64,000 nt of DNA from Deltaproteobacteria bacterium (GTDB taxonomy: Bacteria > Myxococcota_A > UBA9160 > SMWR01): assembly GCA_032128375.1 (NCBI GenBank), contig JAQBGU010000232.1, forward strand, positions 3,106-67,105, given 5' to 3'. Both the position numbers and the translations under genes were made by a program. Positions 1-8,821 of this stretch are shown one piece after another; the stretch's first letter is position 1, and each line of letters begins with the position of its first letter. Under the pieces are notes generated by a model that had not been told where the DNA came from, searched no databases, and saw only the letters and a program-made list of their open reading frames with translations.

Positions 1-194
1 AGGTCGTCAGCCGGGAATTCGCCCTCGAGCCGAACAGTCCGGCTCGAATCACCGACATCGCAGGTTGCTCGCCAGAGCGCCAACTCAGGGTCAGTTCCGG
101 TTCCGCTCGCTGTCGATGCAAAGGCGATGGCGGCGATCGCAACCGTAAACCCGGTAATCACGCGAGACGCGCTCCGGTTGCGGTGAATTGGCAT
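1..194 (-). CDS. 5' end of an exported protein (partial, runs off the window)
   Basis: My own minus-strand translation from ATG 192-194 gives MPIHRNRSASRVITGFTVAIAAIAFASTASGTGTD..., a basic n-region followed by a hydrophobic core. The frame stays open to position 1. It is absent from the ORF track because there is no stop in the window. Confidence 0.3.
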   Translation of the reverse strand, partial: MPIHRNRSASRVITGFTVAIAAIAFASTASGTGTDPELALWRATCDVGDSSRTVRLEGEFPADD

Positions 195-483
195 GAGTCG
201 CGACCTTTTCATCAAAGGTTTCATCAACATCAGCATGAACTCGTGTTTTCCAACGGGGTGACCAGCGCTGTTCCAGCGACTCCGATAATGTTCATAGCAG
301 CACACCATGATGCAAGTCAACTGCAAGAATCGTACCTATAGTGCGCAAGCCCCTCGAACTCACCCAAACTCCGATTCCCTCACAAAGCGGGTCATCCCAC
401 CCGGGAATGTGTGAAATCCCCTGGCTACACGCGCGCGATTTTGACCCCCGCAAGCCCCGGGTCCCGACGCCAGGAAACCACTC

Positions 484-499
484 GGGCACGGCTGTTGCA
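484..499 (+). promoter_or_regulatory. sigma-54 -24/-12 promoter candidate for the REC/kinase/GT operon
   Basis: GGGCACGgctgTTGCA matches TGGCACG-N4-TTGCW. The GG-N10-GC spacing is exact and only the first T is replaced. It lies 50 nt upstream of ATG 549 in the correct orientation. Confidence 0.5.
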
Positions 500-548
500 T
501 GGTCGATTAGAGTGGCTCGGCTTGGTGCCGGGGAAAGGCGGCTGACGC

Positions 549-914
549 ATGTATGACATGTATGAAGAGCGGCGTGTCCTGATCGTCGAAGATGAGGAGC
601 GCTTGCGTTGCTACCTCGCCATGTCCCTCGAAGACTGGGGCGTACAGGTGGAGCAGGCGGGATCGTTGGCAGAAGCCCACGCCTTACTTGCGCTCCACCA
701 TTTCGACGCCGTAGTGCTCGACGTCGGGCTTCCGGACGGCGATGGGCTGACCCTCCTCGAGCATTCGCCCGCGGATCGTGCACTGGTCATCACCGCCAAC
801 CCCGATCCGGTGCGCTTCGCTACGAGTGGCGTTATGCACCACCTCACCAAGCCGATAGACCTTCCGCAGTTCGTGCGCGAGGTCCAGAGCTTGGCGAGCG
901 CGGGGTCAAAATGA
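549..914 (+). CDS. stand-alone response-regulator receiver (CheY-like)
   Basis: 121 aa. RVLIVEDEE..., acceptor context VVLDVGLPDGDG, later VITANPD and LTKP form the REC signature. The stop overlaps the next start (ATGA at 911-914). Confidence 0.85.
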   Translation: MYDMYEERRVLIVEDEERLRCYLAMSLEDWGVQVEQAGSLAEAHALLALHHFDAVVLDVGLPDGDGLTLLEHSPADRALVITANPDPVRFATSGVMHHLTKPIDLPQFVREVQSLASAGSK

Positions 915-2830
915 TGAGCCTGCGCTCGAAGCTGATCCTCTCTTTCATGGCCTTCGCCTCCCTGCTGCTGCTGGTGGGTTTGACTTCGCTCTACCTCAAC
1001 CGGGCGGTACAAGCGGATGTCGCGGACCTCCGCGCCAGTCAAGGCGTCGACTTCCGGCACATCGACATCGGCAACGTCGGGCTGGAAATCGAAGGGTTCT
1101 GGGATCCGGGCGGCAAGTTCGTGGCGGGCGATGCCCAGGTCATCCCAGTCGTACGTCGCCCGAAGCTGCGCGGGGCGATACAGGATATCGATACCAGTCG
1201 GCGAACGATTACGCTGTATGGTGTAGACATATCCGTGGGTCCGGAAACCGATTTCGTCGGCGGGCAGCGGCTAGAAGATCTGAAACTCGGCCAGCGTGTC
1301 GAGGTGAGCAGTCGTGTGACCGAAGGTCGCTGGGCAGCTCGGAAGATCAAGACCGACAACGTGAAGGCCAGCGACAAGATCAAGAGCATGGCCACTTCGG
1401 CTGAGCTCGACGGCGAAGCGCCCGAGACAATCTGGTTCGACGGCATCGAGGTGACAATCGCGCCGCAGAACAACACCTCTCCCAACGGAGCATTGCGACG
1501 CGTCGAGCTGGCTACACAGATGACCCTGTTGCTGCAGGAATGCCGTGCCGAAGCACACGGGCTCGTTGGACGTAGGCTCGTCCCGAGTGACATCGACGAT
1601 CTCTACGATCCCGACGCCGATGAAGGGCTTCCAGCGACGACCGATGAGCAGTTGGTTCGCCATGAACGGAACTTTGAATACTATCTGGAGCAATCGCAGC
1701 TGGCCGGTGGAGCAGATTCCGATGTGCTAACGCCGTTGATACATCGGATGATGGCGATGCGGGCCCCATTTCGAGAGCAGCTGATAACGCTTCAAGGGCT
1801 CGTGCGAAGCGACGCCATCGGCGCGCGCGCGTTTCTTGATCAAAGCTTCGATCCGTTCGTCCAGAACGATCTGCTGCCGATCGTGTACGCCTACCGGACA
1901 GAGGCCGAAGAAGCGCTGGCGAGCCGTCTGCAGCTCATTGCATCGCGGACCGAAACAACCACTCAGGTGGCGCTCGTGACCAGCGGCGTCGCAATCATAC
2001 TGGCCATCGTGCTCGGGGTCGCGTTGTGGAGATCGATCCGCGCGCCGATCGGTGCGTTAGTCACCGCGGCGCTGCACCTGGGTAAGGGGCATATGGAAAC
2101 ACGCGTCGATGTCCGTTCCCAAGATGAATTTGGCGTGCTCGCACGAGCCTTCAACCAGATGGCAGACGATCTCGCGACAACGACACTCTCGGTGAGCGAG
2201 AAGGAGCTGTTGCTGCGCGAGGTGCATCACCGGGTCAAGAACAACATGCAGGTGATCTCGAGTTTGTTGTCGATTCAGTCGAGCCACACCAACAACCCGC
2301 AAGTACGAGAACAGTTCGAACAGTGTCAGAGCCGCATTCGCTCGATGGCTATGATTCACGAACAACTGCACAGCGCGTCGAACCTTTCCGAACTCGACAT
2401 GAGCGCGTATCTCGAGTTGCTGACGACGCAGCTGATGCGCTCGTCGGATCGTCATGCGCGCATCACTCTCGATCTGCAGCTCGAACCTCTGGTGAGCGAC
2501 GTCGACCAGGCCGTGGCCTGCGGCTTGATCGTGAACGAACTCGTGACCAATGCGTTGAAACACGCATTTCCGGATGACAAGTCCGGCGAGATTCGTGTCT
2601 CGATGTTCCGGGACAGTCGCGGTGACCGGATTTTGTCAGTAGAAGACAATGGCTGCGGTATCCCCGAGGACATCGACATCGAGCACCTGACCGGCGCCGG
2701 TCTGCCGCTCGTAGAAAAGCTGGCGCGGCAGTTTTCCGGGCGTGTGGTGTTCGATCGCGAGGTCGGTTCGAAGGGGACTTCAGTACGGATCGTCTTTCCC
2801 GAGAGCGCATCCGGAGGCGACCCAGCATGA
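911..2830 (+). CDS. membrane sensor histidine kinase (HisKA_2/HWE-type) with periplasmic DUF5666-like domain and HAMP
   Basis: Real start is the MMSLRSKLILSF... ATG at 911; the upstream 608 extension is Arg/Pro-rich shadow. It has two TM helices and a HAMP (RSIRAPIGAL...FNQMADDL). The H-box EVHHRVKNNMQVISSLLSIQ is typical of HisKA_2. The HATPase part shows NELVTNALKHAF, DNGCGIP and GLPLVEKL. Confidence 0.85.
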   Translation: MMSLRSKLILSFMAFASLLLLVGLTSLYLNRAVQADVADLRASQGVDFRHIDIGNVGLEIEGFWDPGGKFVAGDAQVIPVVRRPKLRGAIQDIDTSRRTITLYGVDISVGPETDFVGGQRLEDLKLGQRVEVSSRVTEGRWAARKIKTDNVKASDKIKSMATSAELDGEAPETIWFDGIEVTIAPQNNTSPNGALRRVELATQMTLLLQECRAEAHGLVGRRLVPSDIDDLYDPDADEGLPATTDEQLVRHERNFEYYLEQSQLAGGADSDVLTPLIHRMMAMRAPFREQLITLQGLVRSDAIGARAFLDQSFDPFVQNDLLPIVYAYRTEAEEALASRLQLIASRTETTTQVALVTSGVAIILAIVLGVALWRSIRAPIGALVTAALHLGKGHMETRVDVRSQDEFGVLARAFNQMADDLATTTLSVSEKELLLREVHHRVKNNMQVISSLLSIQSSHTNNPQVREQFEQCQSRIRSMAMIHEQLHSASNLSELDMSAYLELLTTQLMRSSDRHARITLDLQLEPLVSDVDQAVACGLIVNELVTNALKHAFPDDKSGEIRVSMFRDSRGDRILSVEDNGCGIPEDIDIEHLTGAGLPLVEKLARQFSGRVVFDREVGSKGTSVRIVFPESASGGDPA

Positions 2831-4944
2831 CCGCACTGAGCATGAACGACCACAACATGACCGAGCGAAACATCAACGAACGGGGCATGAACAATCAGAG
2901 CATGACCGAGCGAAGGATCGAGGATCAGCGCACCAGCGAGCGGTGCATTCTCATCGTCGAAGATGAGCCCATCGTCCAGCTTCATTTGCAGCTGATCGTG
3001 GCCGAGGCGGGGCACCGCGTCAGCGCCACCGCCAGCAGCGCACAGGAGGCATTCGAAGCGGCCGACCGCGAGCCCCCGGAGCTGGTGTTGATGGACATTC
3101 AGCTACAGGGCGATCTGGACGGTATCGCCGCTGCCCGTATCTTGAGCGCCAAATACGACTGCCCAGTGATCTTCACGACGGCCCATACCGACTCGGAAAC
3201 GGTCGCACGTACCCGAGATGTCGGCCCTTCGGGGTACATCACCAAGCCGTTTACCAGCACCGATGTCCGCGCTGCCATCAACACCGCCTTCGCAAGCCAC
3301 GATCGGATGAAAGCGGCCGAAAAGCGAGAAAACTCGCTCGTTTCGATCCTTCGCACCATGGACGAAGGAGTCTTGACAACGGACGAGCAGGGCGCGATCT
3401 CGTTCTGGAACCTGCGAGCCAGCCAGCTCACTGGCTGGGAGGCCGACGATGCCATTGGCCGGGATTTGTTCGAGGTGGTGCAGTTCGCTGCCGCCGGCGA
3501 CGATGAAACATTCCGATCGGCTGCATCGTTTGCGCTCTCCAACAGGCAACCGCGGTCCATTCCGCGGGTCTCGATTGTAGGACGCGACGGGGCAGCGCGA
3601 GGCGTGGGCATCGATATCGAGCCTACGGGTGCCCACGGCCAGCAGGCCACCGGCTTGGTCGTGAGGCTTCGCGAGCGCACTGAACCGCGTCGTCCAGCAA
3701 TCACCACGGCTCCGATGAAGACGCGCTTCGGCAGCGGCACGCGGATGCTCCTGTACTCCCATGACACCTTCGGCCTCGGCCACCTGCAGCGCTGCTCCAA
3801 CATCATCCGCGCTCTACTCGCGCGCAATCCAGGGCTGTCGGTACTGCTCGTTACCGGCTCGTCTGTGGCGCATCGGTTCGAGCTGCCCGCCGGAGCCGAC
3901 TACGTGAAACTTCCGGCCGTGCGCAAGGTGGGCTCCGATCGCTACGAAGCCCGTTCGTTGGCAATGCCCGATTCTGGTGTAATGACCCTGCGCAGCAACC
4001 TGCTGTTTCGCACGGTCCGCGACTATGAGCCCGATGTTCTGCTCGTCGACCACTCGCCGGTCGGGATGAATGATGAACTGCTCCCGACGCTCGAGATGCT
4101 GCAACGCAGGGGCGGTTGCACGACCCTCCTCGGGTTGCGGGATATCATCGATGACCCGACTGCCGTCGTGAATCTCTGGAAGGAAAAACGCATTTACGAC
4201 GTCCTGCGCAACTTGTACGACCATATCCTCGTCTACGGTGCGCAGTCCGTTTACGACACGGTGTCTGCGTACGAATTTCCGGACGATCTGGCCGCAAAAA
4301 CTTCCTTTGTGCACTACGTATGCGATTCGAGGGAGCCGGACGACCCGGAACCTTTTTCACCTGGTGGTGCCGAACCGCTCGTCGCGGTCTCGATCGGCGG
4401 TGGAGATGGGGGCGCCGATGCGGTGATCGGGACCTATCTCGACATGCTCGAGCAATTCCGATCGCAGATCGACTTCCGCAGCGAGATCGTAACCGGGCCA
4501 CTCTTGCCCCTCGAAGCCCAAGAGCGATTCCGCAAGCGAGCGCTCGGGCTGCCGGTCACCATTCGCGAATTCGTCCCGTCGACGACGCCACTATTTCGCA
4601 GCGCGGACCTCGTGGTCTCGACCGGTGGCTACAACACTGTGACTCAGCTGCTCTCGCACGCGCGACGCGCCTTGATCATCCCGCGCGTTCTGCATCGCCA
4701 CGAACAGCTCATCCGCGCGCGCCACCTCGCGAAACTCGGACTCGTAGGTTGTATCCATCCGCTGGAGATCGATCCGGAGCTCATGTTCGACGCGGTTCGG
4801 TCGGCTCTCGACACCGATGAGCAGGCGCTCTCGCGCGGTCGAGAGTTGGGAATCGTTCCGCTCGATGGCGCCGATCGCGTGGCGGAATTTTGCAGCCGCC
4901 TGGAAGTTTCGGCGCGACAGAATCTGAACCGAGGTGCACAGTGA
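2827..4944 (+). CDS. REC - PAS - glycosyltransferase (GT28-C/MurG-like, COG4671-type) fusion protein
   Basis: ATGA overlap with the kinase stop. REC spans aa ~40-155 (ILIVEDEP, LVLMDIQL, FTTAHTD, YITKPF). PAS spans aa ~165-285 (ILRTMDEGVLTTDEQGAISFWN...TGW). The GT domain starts at aa ~305 (MLLYSHDTFGLGHLQRCS...LVTGS...VSTGGYNTV). The GT family assignment is from memory of the motif. Confidence 0.8.
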   Translation: MTALSMNDHNMTERNINERGMNNQSMTERRIEDQRTSERCILIVEDEPIVQLHLQLIVAEAGHRVSATASSAQEAFEAADREPPELVLMDIQLQGDLDGIAAARILSAKYDCPVIFTTAHTDSETVARTRDVGPSGYITKPFTSTDVRAAINTAFASHDRMKAAEKRENSLVSILRTMDEGVLTTDEQGAISFWNLRASQLTGWEADDAIGRDLFEVVQFAAAGDDETFRSAASFALSNRQPRSIPRVSIVGRDGAARGVGIDIEPTGAHGQQATGLVVRLRERTEPRRPAITTAPMKTRFGSGTRMLLYSHDTFGLGHLQRCSNIIRALLARNPGLSVLLVTGSSVAHRFELPAGADYVKLPAVRKVGSDRYEARSLAMPDSGVMTLRSNLLFRTVRDYEPDVLLVDHSPVGMNDELLPTLEMLQRRGGCTTLLGLRDIIDDPTAVVNLWKEKRIYDVLRNLYDHILVYGAQSVYDTVSAYEFPDDLAAKTSFVHYVCDSREPDDPEPFSPGGAEPLVAVSIGGGDGGADAVIGTYLDMLEQFRSQIDFRSEIVTGPLLPLEAQERFRKRALGLPVTIREFVPSTTPLFRSADLVVSTGGYNTVTQLLSHARRALIIPRVLHRHEQLIRARHLAKLGLVGCIHPLEIDPELMFDAVRSALDTDEQALSRGRELGIVPLDGADRVAEFCSRLEVSARQNLNRGAQ
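2840..2929 (+). repeat. 45-bp direct repeat x2 (15-aa repeat) in the N-terminal extension of the REC-PAS-GT gene
   Basis: GCATGAACgaccacaaCATGACCGAGCGAAacatc is followed by GCATGAACaatcagagCATGACCGAGCGAAggatc. It encodes SMNDHNMTERNINER / GMNNQSMTERRIEDQ. There are five in-frame ATGs in the first 26 codons. Confidence 0.7.
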
Positions 4945-4952
4945 CAGAGCCG

Positions 4953-6173
4953 ATGCGTATCGGGTACGTCGTCAAGCGGTATCCGCGTTACTCGGAGACA
5001 TTCATCGTAAACGAAGTCCTCGCCCACGAGGCTGCCGGAACGCACATCGAAATTTTCTCACTGAGGCCACCCTGCGATACGCACTTTCAGGACGTCATTG
5101 CGAGAGTCCGTGCCCCCGTCCACTACCTACCACACGCCGGACTCAAGGTGCGTGACTTCTGGGAGGCGTTGTCGCGAGCGCAAAAGCGGCTACCGGGACT
5201 CCCCGACGGACTCGAACAGGCGTGGGGAAACGACGTTACCGAGGTTCACCAGGCGGTGGAACTCGCTAACCGCGTCCACGAGCTGGGCCTCGTGCACCTT
5301 CACGCACACTTCGCCACCTCACCTGCCAGCGTTGCACGCTTGGCGGCGCGTTTCGCTGGCATCACATTCAGCTACACCGCTCACGCAAAGGACATCTTCC
5401 ACGAGGATGTCGACCCACTGGAACTCCGGACAAAACAGCGCGACGCGGCGTCCGTGATCACAGTGAGTGATTTCAACGCGCGGCACCTCCGGGAACTCGA
5501 CTCTGAATCCGCCGAGCATGTGACCCGGATCTACAATGGTCTCGATCTCGACAAATTCCAATTCGACTCACCTGCGGTGCGCCCGCTGCGGATCGCTGCA
5601 GTGGGCCGTCTGGTCGAAAAAAAGGGATTCAGCGACCTGATCGACGCTTGCTGGGAACTGGTGAACGGCGGGCTCGAGGTCGACTGTCGGATTCTTGGAG
5701 CCGGCCCCCTCGAGCCGGAACTCCGCGAACAAATCGAAAAGCTGGGGCTTGGCGCCAGAGTTGTGCTGACCGGGCCCCAACCCCAAAACATCGTCCGTGA
5801 GGAACTCCGGGCTGCCGCCGTATTCGCGGCGCCCTGTGTGGTCGCTGCCGACGGCAACCGAGATGGTCTACCCACGACCTTGCTCGAGTCGATGGCGATG
5901 GGGACGCCCTGCATCTCGACCAATGTGACTGGCATTCCGGAAATGATTCAGCATGAGCGAACGGGATTGATCGTGCCGCAGCATGACCCTACCGCACTCG
6001 CTTGTGCCATTAGGCGGCTCCTCGGTGACCCGGTCGAACGGGTCAGACTCGCGACGCAGGCGCGTCAGCTGATCGAAGAAGAATTCGACGTCGTACGCAA
6101 CACAGCGATTCAGCGCGAAATATTTCAATCGGCCTCGCGTACGGGTCGCGTTGCGGAAGGATCCGCGCACTGA
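4953..6173 (+). CDS. glycosyltransferase family 4 (WcaL-like)
   Basis: MRIGYVVKRYPRYSETFIVNEV... N-terminus. GT1-fold C-terminal motifs are VGRLVEKKG, DGLPTTLLESMAMGTPCISTNVTGIPE and E..TGLIV. An alternative GTG start at 4941 overlaps the upstream stop (GTGA). Confidence 0.8.
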   Translation: MRIGYVVKRYPRYSETFIVNEVLAHEAAGTHIEIFSLRPPCDTHFQDVIARVRAPVHYLPHAGLKVRDFWEALSRAQKRLPGLPDGLEQAWGNDVTEVHQAVELANRVHELGLVHLHAHFATSPASVARLAARFAGITFSYTAHAKDIFHEDVDPLELRTKQRDAASVITVSDFNARHLRELDSESAEHVTRIYNGLDLDKFQFDSPAVRPLRIAAVGRLVEKKGFSDLIDACWELVNGGLEVDCRILGAGPLEPELREQIEKLGLGARVVLTGPQPQNIVREELRAAAVFAAPCVVAADGNRDGLPTTLLESMAMGTPCISTNVTGIPEMIQHERTGLIVPQHDPTALACAIRRLLGDPVERVRLATQARQLIEEEFDVVRNTAIQREIFQSASRTGRVAEGSAH

Positions 6174-7360
6174 TGCGCATCGCATTCGTCTCTGCCGACC
6201 CCGGCGTTCCGATTTACGGACGCAAGGGCTGCTCGAATCACGTTCAGGAAGTGGTCCGGGCGCTCACAAGGTCGGGCGTCGAGGTCGAGATCCACAGTCC
6301 GCGATTGGAGGGCACTCCTCCTCCCGGACTTGCCGACGTGCGGACGTTTGCGCTTGCGCGCTGCGCCAAAGGCGACTCGAGCGCCCGCGAAACCGCGTTG
6401 ATCGGCGCGAATGCTCAACTCGAGATCAACCTGCAATCCCGCGACGCATACGACGCCGTGTACGAGCGACATTCGATCTGGAGCACCGCCGGCATGTCGT
6501 TCGCGCGGTCGGCTGGAATCCCAGGCATCCTCGAAGTCAACTCACCGCTGATCGAGGAGCAAGCAGCGCATCGAAGCCTCGTCCACCGAGACGTCGCCGA
6601 GAAAATGGTGGAGCAAGCGATCCAGTCTGCATCCCATCTGATCGTAGTATCGAAGGGGGTCGCGGAGTACGTCGAACGCTTCGACGTGGATCGGGATCGC
6701 ATTCATGTGCTGCCAAACGGTGTAGATACGGAACGCTTCTCACCCTGCGAGTCCCGAGGATCACCGCGCAATCAGTTCACGGTGGGCTTCGTCGGAACAC
6801 TGAAACCATGGCACGATCTGCTGACGCTGGTGCGGGCGTTCGGGTCGCTTCGAGACCGCTGCACAGAGAATGCCGAGTGCCGCCTGCTCATCGTTGGCGA
6901 TGGGCCCGAGCGCGAACGGCTGACGAGCGCCCTGGCCGACCTGGGCCTGTTGGACTCTGTCCACTTCACCGGCTCGGTGGACCCTGCGGATGTCCCACGC
7001 TGGATGGACGAGATGGACGTCGGTGTCGCGCCGTATCCCGCCGAGGGTGATTGTTATTTCTCTCCACTCAAGATCTTTGAATACATGGCAGCGGGTTTGC
7101 CGGTCGTCGCGAGCCGCATCGGACAGATCCCGGAGTTGATCGAAGATGGACAAACCGGGCTGCTGTGGCCGCCCGGCGACCATGAAGCACTTGCATCGAT
7201 CCTCGATGGACTGCGCACGGATCCCCTCCAGCGCGCGCAGCTCGGACGCCGGGCGCGGGCCAAAGCCGTGCAAGCGCACACCTGGGACAGCGTGGTCGCA
7301 AAGACTTTGCAGCTCTCCGGCCTCACTGACACGGATTCGATCCCCCGCGATGCGAACTGA
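6173..7360 (+). CDS. glycosyltransferase family 4
   Basis: MRIAFVSADPGVPIYGRKGCSNHVQE... with FVGTLKPWHD, SPLKIFEYMAAGLPVVASRIGQIPELIEDGQTGLL (E-x7-E type GT4 motif). The start overlaps the previous stop (TGATG). Confidence 0.85.
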   Translation: MRIAFVSADPGVPIYGRKGCSNHVQEVVRALTRSGVEVEIHSPRLEGTPPPGLADVRTFALARCAKGDSSARETALIGANAQLEINLQSRDAYDAVYERHSIWSTAGMSFARSAGIPGILEVNSPLIEEQAAHRSLVHRDVAEKMVEQAIQSASHLIVVSKGVAEYVERFDVDRDRIHVLPNGVDTERFSPCESRGSPRNQFTVGFVGTLKPWHDLLTLVRAFGSLRDRCTENAECRLLIVGDGPERERLTSALADLGLLDSVHFTGSVDPADVPRWMDEMDVGVAPYPAEGDCYFSPLKIFEYMAAGLPVVASRIGQIPELIEDGQTGLLWPPGDHEALASILDGLRTDPLQRAQLGRRARAKAVQAHTWDSVVAKTLQLSGLTDTDSIPRDAN

Positions 7361-7449
7361 AATGTCGGGGGCCGAAAAAATCCACGAAAGCGTACCGGTC
7401 CCGCGTGCCGGCCGAGTCGCAGAGACCGGGTCGCACGGCGCACTCTTGA

Positions 7450-8799
7450 ATGAGGCAGGCCGCCATGCGGCAGCATTTGCAGCGGCGAAAGAGACGGGAA
7501 GGGCCCACGGGGCGGAGGAGCTTCGTGCTATCGGCCGCTGACGCCGCCCTCGCGAAGCGCGACGGAGCTCTATCCGGCCTCGCCACACTACTCGATCCCG
7601 ACGCCTTCGCAGACGAACTGCGCCAAGCCTGGGGCCGATCGATCGAATCCGCTGAACTCGTCTATCTCCGCTACAAGCCCGCAACGAACTGCATCGCCGC
7701 CTACCGGGTCCGCGTAGACGGAAATTGCATCACGCTGTACGCCAAGGTGCATGGCTCGGACGCCGCGAGTAAACTGCGCAAGGCGGGCGATCGGGAGAGC
7801 ACACGACCCGCTGGGTCCTGCCAGCGACTCGTGTTGGACACCCGAGGCATCGTGGTTTTTGCGTTCCCCGATGATGCAAAGCTGGCAGTCTTGTCGAGGC
7901 TCGACGACCCCGTGCGACGCAGCGCACTGCTGACCCGCATCCTTTCGAAACGGGGAATCGTCGGCGACGAGTCCATCGACACACTCAGTTACAAGCCAGA
8001 GCGTCGCTATGTGGGTCGCATCCAGCCAACCGATGGAGCGCCGGCCGCCTTGAAGTTCTACGCGACGGAGGGCTTCCCGTCGGCAGCCCGTGGGTGTCGG
8101 GCCTTCGAGTCGCGCGAAGTGCTCCGGATCGCGCAGAAGTGCGGCGGTTCGAAGCGCCACCGCGTGCTCGCGTTCGAGTGGCTAGCCGGGCGCCCACTTC
8201 GCGAAGTGTTCACTGACAGCCGCACTGGGACCGAGAGTATTTCGAAAGTGGGTGCCGCACTCGCCGAACTGCACGCGCAGCCGGGTCCAAAACTCGAGCC
8301 GCTGAACCTGGAGCGGCAGGTAGAAAAACTGCGTGAGCTGGCAGCGACTCTTGTCGTGCTGTGTCCTGACATTTCGGAACTCGCCACATCTCAGGCCGAG
8401 CGCATCGCGGCTCACCTGGCCGGCACGCGAAGTCGTCGCGCGATCCACGGTGATTTGTACGACAAGCAGATCCTGCTCGATGGCGATCGCGTCGAGATCC
8501 TCGATCTGGATCAGGCCGCGATGGGAGATCCCCGTTTCGATCTCGGACAATTCCTCGCTCACCTGGAACGAGATTGTCTGCAGGGCAAGCTCGCCCGCAC
8601 GCGCATCGACGAGTTGCGCGAATGGCTGCTAGAAGGGTATCAGCAAGTCACGGGTTCGCGGGTAGAGGGGTTGGACGCGTATATCGCCGACAGTCTGTTC
8701 CGGCTCGCCCATCATCCGTTTCGGAGCCACGAACTGGATTGGCCGGCCAGGACCGCGCAGATCCTCGCGCGGGTCGAAGAGATCCTCGCTGATTGCTGA
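7450..8799 (+). CDS. phosphotransferase, APH/eukaryotic-like kinase fold
   Basis: Catalytic/Mg loop IHGDLYDKQILLDGDRVEILDLDQAAMGDPRFDLGQFLAHL (Brenner HxDxxxxN-like plus D-x-D). It is a paralogue of the next gene. The start is uncertain (ATG 7450 or 7465). Confidence 0.7.
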   Translation: MRQAAMRQHLQRRKRREGPTGRRSFVLSAADAALAKRDGALSGLATLLDPDAFADELRQAWGRSIESAELVYLRYKPATNCIAAYRVRVDGNCITLYAKVHGSDAASKLRKAGDRESTRPAGSCQRLVLDTRGIVVFAFPDDAKLAVLSRLDDPVRRSALLTRILSKRGIVGDESIDTLSYKPERRYVGRIQPTDGAPAALKFYATEGFPSAARGCRAFESREVLRIAQKCGGSKRHRVLAFEWLAGRPLREVFTDSRTGTESISKVGAALAELHAQPGPKLEPLNLERQVEKLRELAATLVVLCPDISELATSQAERIAAHLAGTRSRRAIHGDLYDKQILLDGDRVEILDLDQAAMGDPRFDLGQFLAHLERDCLQGKLARTRIDELREWLLEGYQQVTGSRVEGLDAYIADSLFRLAHHPFRSHELDWPARTAQILARVEEILADC

Positions 8800-8821
8800 G
8801 CATCGGAAGAGAATTTCCACG

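Noticed and set aside
608-910. Upstream extensions of track ORFs (608 for the kinase; also 51536-52087, 22881-23162, 30519-30665, 36493-36618, 11581-11637, 20393-20524)
   Set aside because: The extensions overlap upstream genes or promoters and are Arg/Pro-rich. Each is followed by an internal Met with a signal peptide, SD sequence or family-typical N-terminus, so I used the internal starts.
6761-7684. 307-aa minus-strand ORF (and similar ORFs at 292-783, 3099-3827, 22002-22973, 48497-49519, 55548-56534)
   Set aside because: All are antisense to, or frame-shifted within, genes with clear domain signatures. All are Arg/Pro/Gly/Ser-rich, as expected for GC-rich non-coding frames.
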